DNA of 64,000 bases from Octopus vulgaris. Taxonomy: Eukaryota. This document shows positions 1 through 14,197 of the stretch, in pieces. The notes below the pieces were generated by a model, which was not told the origin of the DNA, ran no database searches, and worked only from the letters and a program-made list of their open reading frames with translations. Each line of letters starts with the position of its first letter. Within the stretch, counting starts at the first letter, position 1. The translations under genes were made by a program, and so were the position numbers. The stretch lies in NCBI GenBank assembly GCA_951406725.2, contig OX597823.1, positions 86,304,001 to 86,368,000 on the forward strand. The letters are read 5' to 3'.

Positions 1-44
1 CACAACGTTTCGACTGATATACTCTCCAGCCTTCTTCAGGTGTC
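1..44 (-). ncRNA. Minimal type-I hammerhead ribozyme motif (family F1) in a Penelope-pLTR-like repeat
   Basis: Minus strand reads gacac-CTGAAGA-a-ggctg-gagagtatat-cagtc-GAAACGTT-gtg: CUGANGA and GAAA cores, stem II ggctg/cagtc, palindromic AACGTT stem III, stem I cac/gtg (cut by the window edge). The same repeat occurs at 41640-41812 and 42690-42826. Confidence 0.7.
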
Positions 45-508
45 TCGGGGAAATTTCGAGATGAGGACAAATATCCGTCGAATGTAAATAATGCAAATAA
101 TGTAAAGAAGGAAACCTTATTCGGTCAAGCCCTCATTGAGGTTCCTAAGTTCCACATGTAAACTGACGACAGATGAGCTCTCTCTTTCTCTCTCTCTCTT
201 TCCCTCTCGCTCTCTCTTCCCTCGCGTATTAGTCTAATGGTGGAGGAATGTTCGAAGAAAGGTTTAGGGTGAATGGACGCACTCAAAGCATATGCTTGTG
301 GATTGGGAAACCATATTTGTATGAAGGCTTGTGTGCTCGGTAGTCAGAGTGATCCTGGATCGGTGGGGTACCTCGATTTGCGGTAGTTATGGGATCTCTT
401 GTATCAGAAGGGCTGAATCTTTCGCGTGTTCACATATTTTGTACGCTATCTATATCTTCCTCTCATTTTCTCTCCCTTTCCATTTTCTCTCATCTTTTAA
501 GTACCCCG

Positions 509-545
509 CCACACACACACACACGCGCGCGCACACGCACATACA

Positions 546-609
<64 letters not shown>

Positions 610-874
610 AACAAATTGTAAACTGTCCTTCTAATGTAATTTCATCTGAAAACCTTGTGGCAAATAAAAAGAAATTATTATCATTCTTCTTCTTCTTCTT
701 CTTCTTCTTCTTCTTCTTCTTCTTCTTCTTCTTCTTCTTCATATTATTATTATTATTACTTTCCCTTTCATCCTTTCGGGATCAAAAAATTAAGTAGCAG
801 TTGTGTACTGGGGGTCGATGTAATCGACTTAACCCCTGCTCCCAAGTTTCAGGTCTTGTACCTATAGCAGAAGG

Positions 875-940
<66 letters not shown>

Positions 941-942
941 GG

Positions 943-1009
<67 letters not shown>

Positions 1010-1049
1010 TATAGCAGAAGGATTATTATTATTATTATTATTATTATTA

Positions 1050-1091
<42 letters not shown>
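509..1091. repeat. Microsatellite cluster (CA)n, (TTC)n, (ATT)n around a SINE-A 3' fragment (760-875)
   Basis: Directly visible tandem repeats. The SINE tail 'ctatagcagaaggattatt' is duplicated at ~862 and ~1009. Confidence 0.9.
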
Positions 1092-1094
<3 letters not shown>

Positions 1095-1737
1095 CTCTTA
1101 TTCGGATTGCCATCGAATACAATCATGCGCATTCTCATCATTATCACAATCATCATCATCCCCATCAACATCATCATCATCCTCATCCTCATCATCATCA
1201 TAATATGTTACACGCTAAATGTTATACATTATATGTAATAAATACGTTTACTTATCTGCTATTGTCACCAATATGATAGTCATCATTATCATCATCATCG
1301 TCATCATTATCTTCATTATCATAATACTTATAATCACTTTAAAAAGAGGGAATTTTGAGTGAACCACAAATAATAAATATTCCATTCTCTCGTTCAATCC
1401 ATTTCCATTTCATCGGACTACAAATAGAGAAATAATTGATATTTTAGCTTTGAGCTTTTGCAACTTTCATCATTTTGTATTGAAAATTCCTTGCGGTTCT
1501 TAAAATCTATATAGTTGCGAAAGATGTATTGTCAACAAATATCTCGGCCAGTTCTTGGAGTACCAAGCATTCTATGACAAAAAAGAAAATCTATTTGGGC
1601 CTTTTCACCCGTCCTTGTTATAACTCTAATTCATTAAGATCCTTTTATAAATTCTTTGTTCAGATTAACTTTACGCAAAGACACACCTAGATACCTACAT
1701 ACATACATACATAGATACATACATAATGCATACATGC

Positions 1738-1778
<41 letters not shown>

Positions 1779-1993
1779 CATACATGCACAAACGCACACA
1801 CTAACATATATGCCTAGATACACACTCAGGCATGCATACATGCACATATACATATATACATACATACATGCATACATATGTATGTATATATATTGATAGA
1901 CAGATAACACAGAAACACATATAAGTGCACGCATGCGCATTACATACACACGCTTGTCGTCATGTATGTATGCTTGTATGCTTGTATGTATGC

Positions 1994-2027
<34 letters not shown>

Positions 2028-3006
2028 GGGGGGATAATATATAATATATACGTTTTGTGCATGTATACAGTGTATATATATGTATATAAAAAACGGAAAG
2101 GTGTGTTGACATGTAGCAACGTATGTTCATCGACTTTCTCCCACTCTTTCCGTGTGTATATATACACATGTATATGTGTACGTGCGTGTTACATGCGTGT
2201 ATGTATGTATATATATATAATGATTATGATAATGATGACTATATATATATACATGAGTGTGTATATATATGCGTATACACACAGCACACGTATATCAAAA
2301 GAGAGTGGGAGAGAGAATGTGAAATAGATGTGTATATATATATATATATCTATGTACATGTGTGCGCGTGTATCTATAACTATATACATGCGAGTATGCT
2401 TGTTCTGCACGAGTATATTTTTACGTAGACTACTGCGTCTACTTTACGCGTGTCTATGCACGCGTGTATACGTATGTATGCACTAGTATATAAATATACA
2501 TACATATATGTATATATACATAGCAGTGTGTATATCTAAAAAAAATACCTATATAATAAGAAGAAACCTTACTGACACGATTGTCTTCTATAGCCTGTTT
2601 CAGTTTTACTACACATACATACACGCACAATATTATATACATTTATTATATACACATATCGTTATAGATATACTCAATTTATTATGTATATTTATTACAT
2701 ACATATAATGTAGAATAAAATATTAGATATGTATGTGTGTGTATCTTTGAAAGTCATGAATGCATAGAAAGTTGTATTGTTAAAGATCAGCAAATACAAT
2801 GATTTGTTGATGAACAAATGATAGAAGGCAATTTTGCCTTCATTTTTCTCCTTTATAATAAGCATAGCAGAGCAAAATATTAACTTCTACAAATAAAGAT
2901 CACTAAACAAGAAAAGTATGAACATTAGTTGATTTCTAGAATTTTGTTTATAGAAATAAACACACGCAGTCTTATATGCACACAAGGAGGTAAGCATGAG
3001 CACACG

Positions 3007-3040
<34 letters not shown>

Positions 3041-3350
3041 CATGCGTACGGCTAAAATATTATTTCTGTATTTCTAATGTATACGTTTATGTATATTTAT
3101 GTCGATTTGTGTAAGTATGCATTTATATGTATAGAAGTGTGTGTGTATGTATGTGAGTGTGTGGGTGTGTTTGGGTTAGAGGAGTAGGGGTGAGGGTTAA
3201 TATATTCTTCGTCTCTGTATACGTCCATTATATTTATCTATACATACGAAAATATAGTATCATAGAATCATAGAATCCGAAATATTACTTGAAAGAGATC
3301 ATTGATGAATAGTCTAAAATTGAATATATATATTGCATACAGATATGAAC

Positions 3351-3420
<70 letters not shown>

Positions 3421-4088
3421 CATATATATGAATGTATATATATTTGTATATATATGTATGTATATATAGGATTATGTTCATATGAATTCATACAATGTGT
3501 GTCAGTATCAACAGTCCATATGAACATACGTTAATAAGCAGAGATTGCAGTAAGTTCATTGAATCCTATGCTTATTTTTCATAATAACTCAGTGACACAC
3601 ACGGACACACCACTCCTATATACCTTCACACTCACATATACACGCATGATTATATATAAATACATACATACATATATATATGTGTGTGTGTGTGTGTATG
3701 TTTATGAATATATATGTAAATATAAATGTATATGTATTTGTATTTATGCATGCAGGTGTATATATTATGCATAAAAATGTAGAAAGATATTTAGTTTGAA
3801 TAGAAATATATAAACATATTTATATATGAATGGAAGCATCGCTCCCCCATCACTCCTCTGCTCTCTCGTCGTTCTTGCCTTCTTAATACGTCCATACATT
3901 CTTCCAAACATACACCCACATAGCTAAATACATACACACACTCATATACATACATGCATTCATATAATCGTACTTACATCAATAAATATATCTGTATTTC
4001 TATATATATATGTATATATGTGAGTGTGTATGTGTATATATATGTATATATGTATGCGTATTTATGTATAAATTATGAACATATATAT

Positions 4089-4133
<45 letters not shown>

Positions 4134-4635
4134 TGTATGTATTTGTTTATGTATATGGTTATTGATATCGTAATAATTGAGTAAATTCCCAAATGAATAT
4201 GATATTCAGAATATCTTTTGTCCATACTTTAAGCTACCTTACGATATTTTCCTTCTTATATCAACTTGAAAAGATGATCTAGGGCCAATATTTTTGAATA
4301 CAAATCAAGAAATATCTTGTCCATTATTTGCTCTAGTCGTTCGGTAGAACATAACGATGGCCGATATAATATGGCGATTGGAAGATTGCAGTAAAATGAC
4401 CGCAGATAACTCTTTTTACTAATTCTATCATACATAAGTGTGCTCCGTGAAAAAGGAGAAAAAAAAAAGAAATAAAAAACGCATATGCGTAATTGTATGT
4501 ATGTATTAATGTGTGTGTATGTGTATGTGTGTATGTATGTATGTATGTATGTATGTATGTTTGTTTGTATATAGTAAATATCGAGTACCTGTATCAGTCG
4601 CAGTAGTACCAATTTTAAAGAATGAGAACTTCTAA

Positions 4636-4768
4636 GGAAGAAGAAGAAGAAGAAGAAGAAGAAGAAGAAGAAGAAGAAGAAGAAGAAGAAGAAGAAGAAG
4701 AAGAAGAAGAAGAAGAAGAAGAAGAAGAAGAAGAAGAAGAAGAAGAAGAAGAAGAAGAAGAAGAAGAA
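4636..4768. repeat. (GAA)n microsatellite
   Basis: Perfect GAA tract; the source of the spurious poly-E and poly-S ORFs. Confidence 0.95.
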
Positions 4769-5084
4769 GGGTTTATGGGTTGGAAAAGCGATGATGGTGA
4801 GAATACGAAGTAAATATAGCAGATTTTATCGATGATGCTTATGTCCTGTATTAATGCATACATACATGTGTTAATGTATATATTCGGACAATACGTATCT
4901 GACATGGACATATGTTGTATATGCATATCTCTCTTAAGAGTTCAGAATATCGGACTTTGCCTTTTAAATGCATAGATATATACATACATGCATGCATTCA
5001 TATATAAATACATACGCATATATATATGTGTGTATGTATGTATGTATGTATATATGTATGTATGTATGTATGTATGCATGTATC

Positions 5085-5130
<46 letters not shown>

Positions 5131-5327
5131 CATATATATAAATACATACGCATTTATGTATATATGTATATATATATAGTTATATATATATATATGTATA
5201 TATTTATATATATATATATATATTCATTTATATGTATACACACATAAAACCATGTATGTATATCTATATATATATGCATATATATTTACATATATATATA
5301 CGTATACATATACATTTACAACTATGC

Positions 5328-5366
<39 letters not shown>

Positions 5367-6419
5367 TGTGTGTGTGTGTGTGCGTGTTTAAATATATGTG
5401 CGTGTGTATGCATGTGTCTATGTAGGTGGTTATCTCTTCATGTGTGCGTAATGCTATAAGTCCAAACTCACACAGACACAACTACACGCACATATGCAGG
5501 AATACATATACATCAAAACACTCGCACACACTTTTATATATAAACCACACCTACACCCTTACACAAACACACAGAGACACACACATAGAGTAAAAAAAAG
5601 AGATTGGATATAGGAGGTGAGACAAAAGTGAGTGGCAAATATGGTGACGTGGAGATACACAGATAACAAATAGAAAGAAATAACGAGAGAGAGTGAAAAA
5701 CAATAAGGAAAGAGTGGTACAGAATACAATGCAATTTTATTAGATGTTTACTATAGGAGAAAAAAGAGAAGATAAGAGAAAGTGAAAGATAGAAGGTGAA
5801 TGAACGACAGAGAGAGTGAGAGAGAGAGGCTGGGGAGTTACTTCATCCCTTGAAGTAGCTTTCTAAATTATAAATTGTGTATGTATCGTTGGATACAAAT
5901 GAAATTGATACGAATTTTTGTATTAAGGGAAAAATAAAACTAAGTAAATAAACACAAGACGAATAGTTGGTCTTTGATTAGGAGAACAAGAGAGGTTCGA
6001 GTATGAAAGAGAGGCTGGTGAAAGCGCATCTTATGAAGGTATATGCTTTGTGTTATGGAGACAGACGTCCAAGCTAGAAATATGTTTTACGTAAAATAAT
6101 TAATTGTCGAACAGTTGAGCTAAGATAACACAAAAATTTCCAATTATAAAATAGATAGAAAGTTTGAAGGAGATAATAACCATTGCACAAGAATTATCCG
6201 GTTCAATTCCGGTTTAAAGTAAGTTTCGAGTAGACATTAGAGCACTCAAAAGTTGCATTTATCATCGTATTTTTTTTCATAGCAGATATCATAGTGTTCC
6301 TGTGTTCTTTGTATTCTTTTCACTTTCACTAAAACATTTGTTTTCTTGTTGAGATTAGAGATTGCGATTGGACTTGCTTTTAAAATTTTTTCTTCTAAAT
6401 TTAACAATGAAATGTTAAT

Positions 6420-7100
6420 ATCGGTTTCAAATTTTGGCACAATCCTGGGTATTTCGAGGAACGAGGTAAGACAATTACATTGACCCCAGTGCTCAACTGG
6501 AACATATTTCATCGACCCCGAAAGGATGAAAGGCAGAGTCGATGGAATCTGAACACAGAACGTGTGTAGCCCCTTGTGGGTAGTAAAGAAATAGGTATTT
6601 CGTCTGCCGTTACGTTTTGAGTTCAAATTCCGCCGAGGTCGGCTTTGCCTTTCATCCTTTCGGAGTCGATAAATTAAGTACCAGTTACGCACTGGGGTCG
6701 ATGTAATCGACTTAATACGTTTGTCTGTCCTTATTTGTCCTCTCTGTGTTTAGCCCCTTGTGAGTAATAAAGAAATAGAAATAGGTATTCCGTCTGTCTT
6801 TACATTCTGAGTTCAAATTCCGCTGAGGTCGACTTTGCTTTTCATCCTTTCGGGGTCGATAAATTGAGTACCATTTGCGTACTGGTGTTGACATAATCGA
6901 CTGCCCCCTCTCCCAAAATTTCGGGCCTTGTGCCTAGATTAGAAAAGAATAATTTAAAATTATGCCACAAGGTCAGAAAGGTTGATTGGAGGAAGCGAAT
7001 CGATTGTCTGAACCTCAGCACTTGACTGGTACTTATTTTATCGATCTCAGATGTATAAAGTGGGTAAGTCGATGTCGCTAGCATTTTAAGTCAGATAACG
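6420..7100. mobile_element. Cluster of SINE-A copies (minus fragment 6420-6565, plus dimeric copy 6565-6950, minus fragment 6955-7100)
   Basis: B-box gagttcaaattc plus the conserved block gcctttcatcctttcggggtcgataaattaagtaccag, shared with more than 15 other copies in the window. Confidence 0.85.
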
Positions 7101-7213
7101 ATCATGATTTTTATATTAGAAGCAAATGCTCTAACATTTATATTTTTTAAGTTAGGCAAAGTAAAGGTACATAGTTGATTAGACATACCTCTAATTCTCC
7201 CTGCCTCATGATA

Positions 7214-7720
7214 CATTGGGTCAGGTCAGGTGTTAGAGCATGTATGTGCAGTTGCAGCGCGTTGCTGCATTCGGCAATCGTCGGTATATTCCCGAGCCCT
7301 CCCGAACGACTTCTCAATCAGAGTCCCAGTCAGTCCCCAACTCTACGAGTTGGGACCATGTGGTATGCGATTGACCATGTGGTATGCCATTGACCATGTG
7401 GTATGCCATTGACCATGTGGTATGCGATTGACTAACATGAGCCGTCAGTCCAGCAAGATTCTCAGTGAAGAGAAGGCAGTAAGCAGGGGAAATTGAGCAA
7501 CATAGCCAAAGAGTTAGAAGTGGCTCTTCTGAATCTTGCAAGTAACAGTTCACATTCGAATTTCTGAACAGAGTTGTTGTTTGGATACGAAATCCGACCC
7601 CTGGTACCACAAGAGTTCAGACGGCTCCTAAGGTCCCAAGACAGTATCCAAGTCTCACAGCTATAAAGCAAGTCGGTAGAACCAATGACCTAAAGATATG
7701 TTGCTGATAAGTATTAGCCA
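7214..7720 (-). mobile_element. Decayed 3' fragment of an RTE-clade LINE
   Basis: Minus translation LLYSCETWILSWDLRSRLNSCGTR resembles the RTE post-RT motif LLYGCETW. It ends in a cctgacctgacc tail and contains a 19-bp tandem repeat (gaccatgtggtatgccatt, ~4 copies) at ~7354-7433. Confidence 0.7.
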
Positions 7721-7759
7721 TAAACTGACGTCAATTCCTTGAACACTCGGGGAAGTAAG

Positions 7760-7810
<51 letters not shown>

Positions 7811-8129
7811 GAGAGGGATTAAGTATGAAGCTAAAAGAAATGTTGCTTGAGTGGTATTTATTTAAACGCGTCTGTGGGAATGAAGGCAAAAAGGTTCCGG
7901 TTGAAATTTAAGTCAGAACAGAAAGAGGAAGACTTATTCCACTGATCAGTGTTCCTAAACAATGATTTGTCACATTGGTTCAAGACCACAAATTTGTATG
8001 GAAACGCGCAATTGTTTGGACTGGAATTGAACGTGGTAGGATGAATCAATAAATGGACCTCGATGAGGAACTGGAATCAGACTCTAAAGAAGGCTTACTA
8101 AATAATTTAACAGTTATGTTTGTGCAAGC

Positions 8130-9168
8130 TCATAAAGAATCCATTTAAAATTTCGGATTAATTTTAACCATTTTATAATTAATTTAGATTAGATTCATCT
8201 CAGTCACTGTATGAATTCAAAAGGGACTTTTCAGCCTTGGAAGCGATCAGAAATATATTAATTCTGTCTATAGAAACGAAGAATAAAATACTGGACATAC
8301 CAACTATTATTTGGTATGTTCTCCTCAGTCTGGACGACGGATTTCAGTTGATAATGAACTCCTGAAAACTGCAGTTGAGGAAAATCCAAAACTGACGGCA
8401 CAAAAATTTGCAGAATATCTCAATTCAATTCCCAACTCGATCATAAAATACCCTCAGCTTAAACAAAGTGTGACTGATCGTCAATGAAGAATGGACATGA
8501 TGCCAAACTTTCCTGGGTAGTAGAATCCTCACAAGTAATGAAATGTGGATTCTCTAAAATCACACCCAAAGAAAATGTCATTGGTTAGAACCCAATATAA
8601 AAGAAAACCCATGATTACACCTGGAATACCTATCGAAAAATGTTATGCTCTGTGTTTGGTGGAATATAAAGCATGTTGCCTTACATGAAGGTGTGTAACT
8701 AAAACGAAACAGTTAAAACGGAGAGGTGTTCTTGTCAATTGGAAGCGTTGCAGAAAAATTGGTAGAAGTCATCGTGTTTTCTCAGTCGGAAAGGGATATT
8801 GCCGTTACCTGATCATCCAAAATCACATATTACCCAAGTTATTTAGCAAAAGATCATACCACTAAATTAGGAAGATTCTCCTAATCGTCCTTACTGTCTT
8901 CATTTTGCTCCATCTAGTCTTGATCTTTTCAGATCATTGCAACGTTAACCATTAAGAAATTTATTAATTGTGGAGATGCTAAAAATAACAGTGAATGATG
9001 TCTTGCTTCGAAACCTGAAGAATTTTTATACCAGAGGATTTAAAAGATTTACTAAATAAATGGGATTATTTTCTTAAGTAATGATGTGAAATTCTATCAC
9101 TTAATATCAAAGCAGCATTTGTTTCTTCCACATTTTGAAATGCGAAAGGAATTTGTTTGCAACCTAAT
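8130..9168 (+). pseudogene. Highly decayed mariner transposase/element
   Basis: Fragments translate to SGRRISVDNELLKTAVEENPK (HTH-linker), RILTSNEMW (TGDEKW-like), VMLCVWWN, PYCLHFAPSSLDLFRSLQ (PYSPDLAPSD-like) and KPEEF, with many stops and frameshifts. A TIR-like end lies near 9140-9168. Confidence 0.75.
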
Positions 9169-10210
9169 GTTTTTGAAAACATCGCTACATGTGAGTGTGT
9201 GTATGTGTGTGTGCGTGTGTGTGTGAATGTGTGTGTGTGTTTGTGCGTATGTGTGTGTGTGAGTGTGAGTGTGTGTGTGTGTGTCTGTGTGTGTACGTGA
9301 GCTAAATGAGAAATAATTGGTATGAAGTTAAGAGATATACTGATAATTTTTTTCTTGATTCACCATTGACACGATAATTATATAGCTATGCAAGTGAAAA
9401 ATTATTTTACTGCTTCAATAATTATATATTAAGCAGCTAAAGTGTATTAGAAAAATTTAATCTGTGACTAAATATTGTTCGGTGTTAAGTTAAGCTTTCT
9501 TCCTGTTTTCTGTTACTCTACCGAAATGGATAATAGCATTGATAATTTGAGAAGTAATTTTATCGGAAATCTTGCGTGTACATTGAGACATTGTATTAGG
9601 CAATCAACTACAGATCGTAGATAATGCTTCAATATGATGAAATTAATTAGAATTTCCATGAAAAGCCAAATAAGGCTTCCGATTGTATTATCAGAACAGT
9701 GCCTTCACTTTTCATATTTGCTATTTGCAATATATGAAACCGTTTAATTTCATGCGTTTGGCATATAATAAAAACAATGTGTTGTCGAAGAAGAAAATCT
9801 TTAACGATAGAATATTTCGGAAAATACCAATAACATTTGGCTTCCGATATTGACAATGGAAAAAATGCGACGATATAAAACATGGCTTTGCTCAGATAAA
9901 GTATGTGTGTGTGCGTGTGTGTGTGTGTCTGTGTGTGTGCGTGTGTGTGTGTGTGTCTGTGTGTGCTTGTGCATGTGTAAGGTTGCGTGTGCCTGTGTAT
10001 GTGCATGTGAGCGTAAAATACGTATGTGTGTGTGTGTCTGTGTGTGTGCGTGTGTGTGTGTGTGTGTGTGTCTGTGTGTGCGTGCATGTGTAAGGTTGCG
10101 TGTGCCTGTGTATGTGCATGTGAGCGTAAAATACGTATGTGTATGTTTATTGTGTATATACAAGTGTATATACACCTGTATGTAAATATATAGAGATGTA
10201 TGTGTATATG

Positions 10211-10241
<31 letters not shown>

Positions 10242-10801
10242 ATGTGTGTGTGTGTATACAAATATATGTATATATATATTCATATATATATATGTGTGTT
10301 TAATATGTATGTATGTAAACATACATACATACATACATACATACATACATACATACATACATACATACATACATACATACATGATACGTATCCATTTTCG
10401 TCATTTGTATACATTTCCTTCTATCGCAGTGCATATGTTCTTATATTCCCCGGGTGAAACAAATAAAGCACACGCCGCTCACTTACAATCTTCTATTTTG
10501 GTTCAAGAATATAACAAATGAATACATAAATAAATAACCAGATAAGCAAAGAATTAGAATCATTTTATTCCTCTACTAATTTTCGAATCGTACTTTTAGT
10601 TATAAAAATGTTCGTTCTTGAAATGGATTTCGTAAAATTATGACATTGGTTACAGCTGTGATTCTCAAGTTTTCTTTAATTATGGACCATTCTGGTTCTT
10701 GTTTTGTTCGTCTGGAGCCTCATAGCCATTCGCTGTTTCAAAAAAAAAAAAAAAAAATTCTTGTCGTATTTCTATATATAAATGTTATGAAGAATTGTAT
10801 T

Positions 10802-10975
10802 AAAACAATTGCTGCGTGGAAGGTGTTTATAAACCATTTAAGAAAAAACACAAAAACCGTTCGATTCACTTCAACATTTAAATGTTTTAAACGGTTTTAA
10901 ATGTTGAAGTGAATCTAACGGTTTTTGCGTATTTCTTAAATGATTTATAAACACCTTCCACGCGGCAATTGTTTT
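10802..10975. repeat. ~80-bp-arm palindrome (inverted repeat, ~13-nt spacer)
   Basis: 10802-10882 is the near-exact reverse complement of 10896-10975. Confidence 0.9.
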
Positions 10976-11476
10976 CATTCTAGCACACGATCTCAGATCA
11001 AGTCACTCGCTAAAGAAGTACATCTCCGTAATGTATTAAAATATTTTTTCTTAATATTTTGTGTATGCGAGAAGAAAACCAATATATTACACATAAATTT
11101 TAAATAATAATCCCATAGAGACCCTGGGTCCATATCCGGAAGGCGCCGAAAGACCTCTGGATGATCTCAGAGAATAATTGAAATTCTAGATGGAAACCAG
11201 AATAATTTAGAGTAACTCCGAATCTGCGAGGTTCCTCTTTTGTCTTAGATAGTTTTTTCTTTTGTATACTTATATGTTATATGCCTGTTTTTCTTCGATA
11301 ATCAAGTGATATACGTTCTTACCAGAAGATAGTGAATCCTCCATTCAAGAGGCACCCGAATCCTTCTCCAAGAGGCATCCGAACAAGTTCATGGAGTCTT
11401 GACCAATGAGGAAGAGTTTGTCTTTAATCCTTTAAATCGTTTTTATTATAGAATTATTTTGACACTATCATTATCA

Positions 11477-11503
11477 CCCGGCAACGCCGGGTCATAGTGC
11501 TAG
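11477..11503 (+). mobile_element. Helitron 3' terminus (hairpin + CTAG)
   Basis: cccggc-aac-gccggg hairpin followed ~8 nt later by CTAG|T, the same terminus as at 27571 and 55773. The 5' end was not found. Confidence 0.7.
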
Positions 11504-12114
11504 TGCATGCATATACAGCTGCGTGCGTGCGCACATACACGCGAGTACTGTCCAAATCTCCGACTAATTACATACAGCTAGCTGGCATTCAATTGGCGTA
11601 TCAAGTTTCGGGCATTTTGATTGGGTTTTGGATAGAAAATTCACAAAAATGTCACTGTTATTGATTTTATAATGACGTTTGAATGACCATAGAAAGTGCG
11701 AGCCCTGTAATTGAAAAATTGTGGATTTATATAAAGGACACACACACACACACACACATTTTGCCATTTATATAGAGAGATGACAATGAGAAACTGTTTG
11801 CTTTTCGCAGCCAAGGGAATACAACAATGAGATAACCTTCATCATGTGCTGCACCCAAAAAGCTGCGCCAAATCGTTTCGTTCTGAGTTTTACATCCCCA
11901 TCTTAGCTCATTTCTTGTTTCCTTTTTTTTTTTCAATTTTCCTCAAAATTTTCTGACCCTCGTTCAATCCTCAGCTTTTCACCATTGTCACATAACGATG
12001 AAATGGTACTAATGGGAGACGATTTTCCGTTTCATGGTCTGGCACTAACGAAAGGGCCTTTTCTCTTTGGTCATTTGCTGAAGTGCGACCAATGATCATC
12101 GAGAAAGAGCGATA

Positions 12115-12352
12115 TCTATTTCTTTACTACCCACAAGGGGCCAAACACAGAGGGGGCAAACACGGACAGACATAGGTATTAAGTCGATTACATCGACCCC
12201 AGTGCGTAACTGGTACTTAATTTATCGACCCCGAAAGGATGAAAGGCAAAGTTGACCTCGGCGGAATTTGAACTCAGAACGTAACTGCAGACGAAATACG
12301 GCTACGCATTACGCCCGGCGTGCTAACGTTTCAGCCAGCTCGCCGCCTTAAG
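12115..12352 (-). mobile_element. SINE-A (tRNA-derived), monomer
   Basis: Reverse complement begins aaggcggcgagctggctgaaacgttagcacg and carries B-box gagttcaaattc and the conserved central block. Confidence 0.88.
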
Positions 12353-12756
12353 AGCAATATCTGTTACCTTTTGTTGATGTTGCTACTTCATATTTCCATA
12401 TCTGTTTCACATTTCCTACAAAATAAACCTTAAGTAGCCCCTTGTATCCATGCATATAGCAGTCCGGCCTTCTACCCCGTACCACCAGTCACCTGTTACT
12501 TCTTTACGCATCCAAAACGAAGTATAGTTCCAAAGTATCTTTCGTTGGTCTTCACATCCTCGTGTCTGCTCACTTTATTTACCAGCAGAGTCTGTTCACT
12601 CAATACAGAATGTTACAAAGTTGTCACAAGACATGTGATCATGTGCATACAGTGATTCAAAACCGATATACAATAGATTTACGTACATTTATTTGAACTG
12701 ACAGATAAAGACAGACAAACTGCACAAACGAATTACATATATATTACACACATATG

Positions 12757-13373
12757 TAAGGTGGTGAGCTGGCAGAAACGTTAGCACTCCGGGTGAAATG
12801 CTTAGCGGTATTTCGTCTGCCGTTACGTTCTGAGTTCAAATTCCGCCGAGGTCGACTTTACCTTTCATCCTTTCGGGGTCGATTAAACAAGTACCAATTA
12901 CGTACTGGGGTCGATATAATCGACTTAATCCGTTTGTCTGTCCTTGTTTGTTCTCTCTGTGTTTAGCCGCTTGTGGGTAGTAAAGAAATAGGTATTTCGT
13001 CTGTCTTTACGTTCCGAGTTCAACTTCCACCGAGGTCAACTTTGCCTTTCATCCTTTAGGGGTCGATAAATTAAGTACCTCTTACGCGCTGAGATTGATG
13101 TAATCGACTTAATCCGTTAGTCTCTTCTTGTTTGTTCCCTGTATGTTTAGACCCTTGTGGGCAATAAAGAAATAAGAAACATTTGCATGCCGGGCGAAAT
13201 GCTTAGCGTTATTTCGTCTGTCTTTACGTTCTGAGTTCAACTTCCACCGAGGTTGACTTTGCCTTTCAGCCTTTCGGAGTCGATAAATTTAATACCAGTT
13301 GCGTACTGGGGTCGATCTAATCGACTGGCCCCCTCCCCCAGAATTTTGGGCCTTGTGTCTAGAGTAGAAAAGT
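12757..13373 (+). mobile_element. SINE-A, trimeric copy
   Basis: Head ggtgagctggcagaaacgttagc, then three tandem modules each with a B-box and central block; tail ccttgtgtctagagtagaaaag. Confidence 0.88.
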
Positions 13374-13777
13374 ATATTAGATACGTATATTCATTTATAG
13401 ATATAAATAAATGCTTCTGAATTAGGGAAATACATCCACACAGAGGTAAAAAAAAAAGGTGACAACTGGATTTGTTCAGGTACGCACGACTCGAATTAAC
13501 ATTCGATCCTGAAGCTGAAACCTAAGTTTCTTTAAAGAGCAAGTGAGCTCGAATCTTGTCTTATATTCTGTGAAGATCACATGTAGTTTCCTATAGAAAA
13601 TTTTATTTTGTTATTGTCTCCATAAAATCTGAAATTATCTTCCCACTACCACCACCACGATCACTACCACATATTCAATCAAAATATCGTCTCTCTTATA
13701 CTCTTTCTTATGAAATTTGTCAGCTCTTTGTATACGATTTTAAGACTTCAAATTACGTGCTGTTGTATGGAGAAATA

Positions 13778-14197
13778 GGTGCTGAAGTGGCTGTGTGGAA
13801 AGTAGCTTGCTTACCAACCACATGGTTCTGGGTTCAGTCCCAGTACGTGGCACCTTGGGCAAGTGTCTTCTTCTATAACCTCGAGCCGACCAAAGCCTTG
13901 TGAGTGGAGTTGGTAGACGGAAACGTAAAGAATCCCGTCGTATATATGTATATATACATATGTATATGTTTGCGAGTGTGTTTGTGTATCTGTGTTTGTC
14001 CCCCCAACATCGCTTGACAACCGATGCTGGTGTGTTTACGTCCCTGTAAATTAGCGGTTCGACAAAAGAAAACGATAGAATAAGTACTAGGCTTATAAGG
14101 AATAAGTTCTGGGGTTGATTTGCTTGACTAAAGGCGGTGCTCCAGCATGGCCACAATCAAATGACTGAAACAAGTAAAATAGAGTAAAAAGAGAGTA
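13778..14197 (+). mobile_element. SINE-B (tRNA-derived, CORE-like), full length
   Basis: A-box-like tggctgtgtgg, B-box-like gggttcagtccc, CORE-like ggcaccttgggcaagtg, internal (TA/TG)n, and 3' tail ggcggtgctccagcatggcc...tgactgaaac. Confidence 0.88.

Noticed and set aside
331-5481. Numerous ORFs rich in YI/HT/CV/poly-L/poly-E/poly-S (here and throughout the window)
   Set aside because: They are translations of (AT)n, (AC)n, (ATAC)n, (AAT)n and (GAA)n microsatellites, which lack stops in some frames. There is no evidence of coding.
13740-14156. Recurrent ORFs such as ...EDTCPRCHAVGLNPEPCGW (also 23925, 26056, 30347)
   Set aside because: These are antisense translations of SINE-B, not a protein family.
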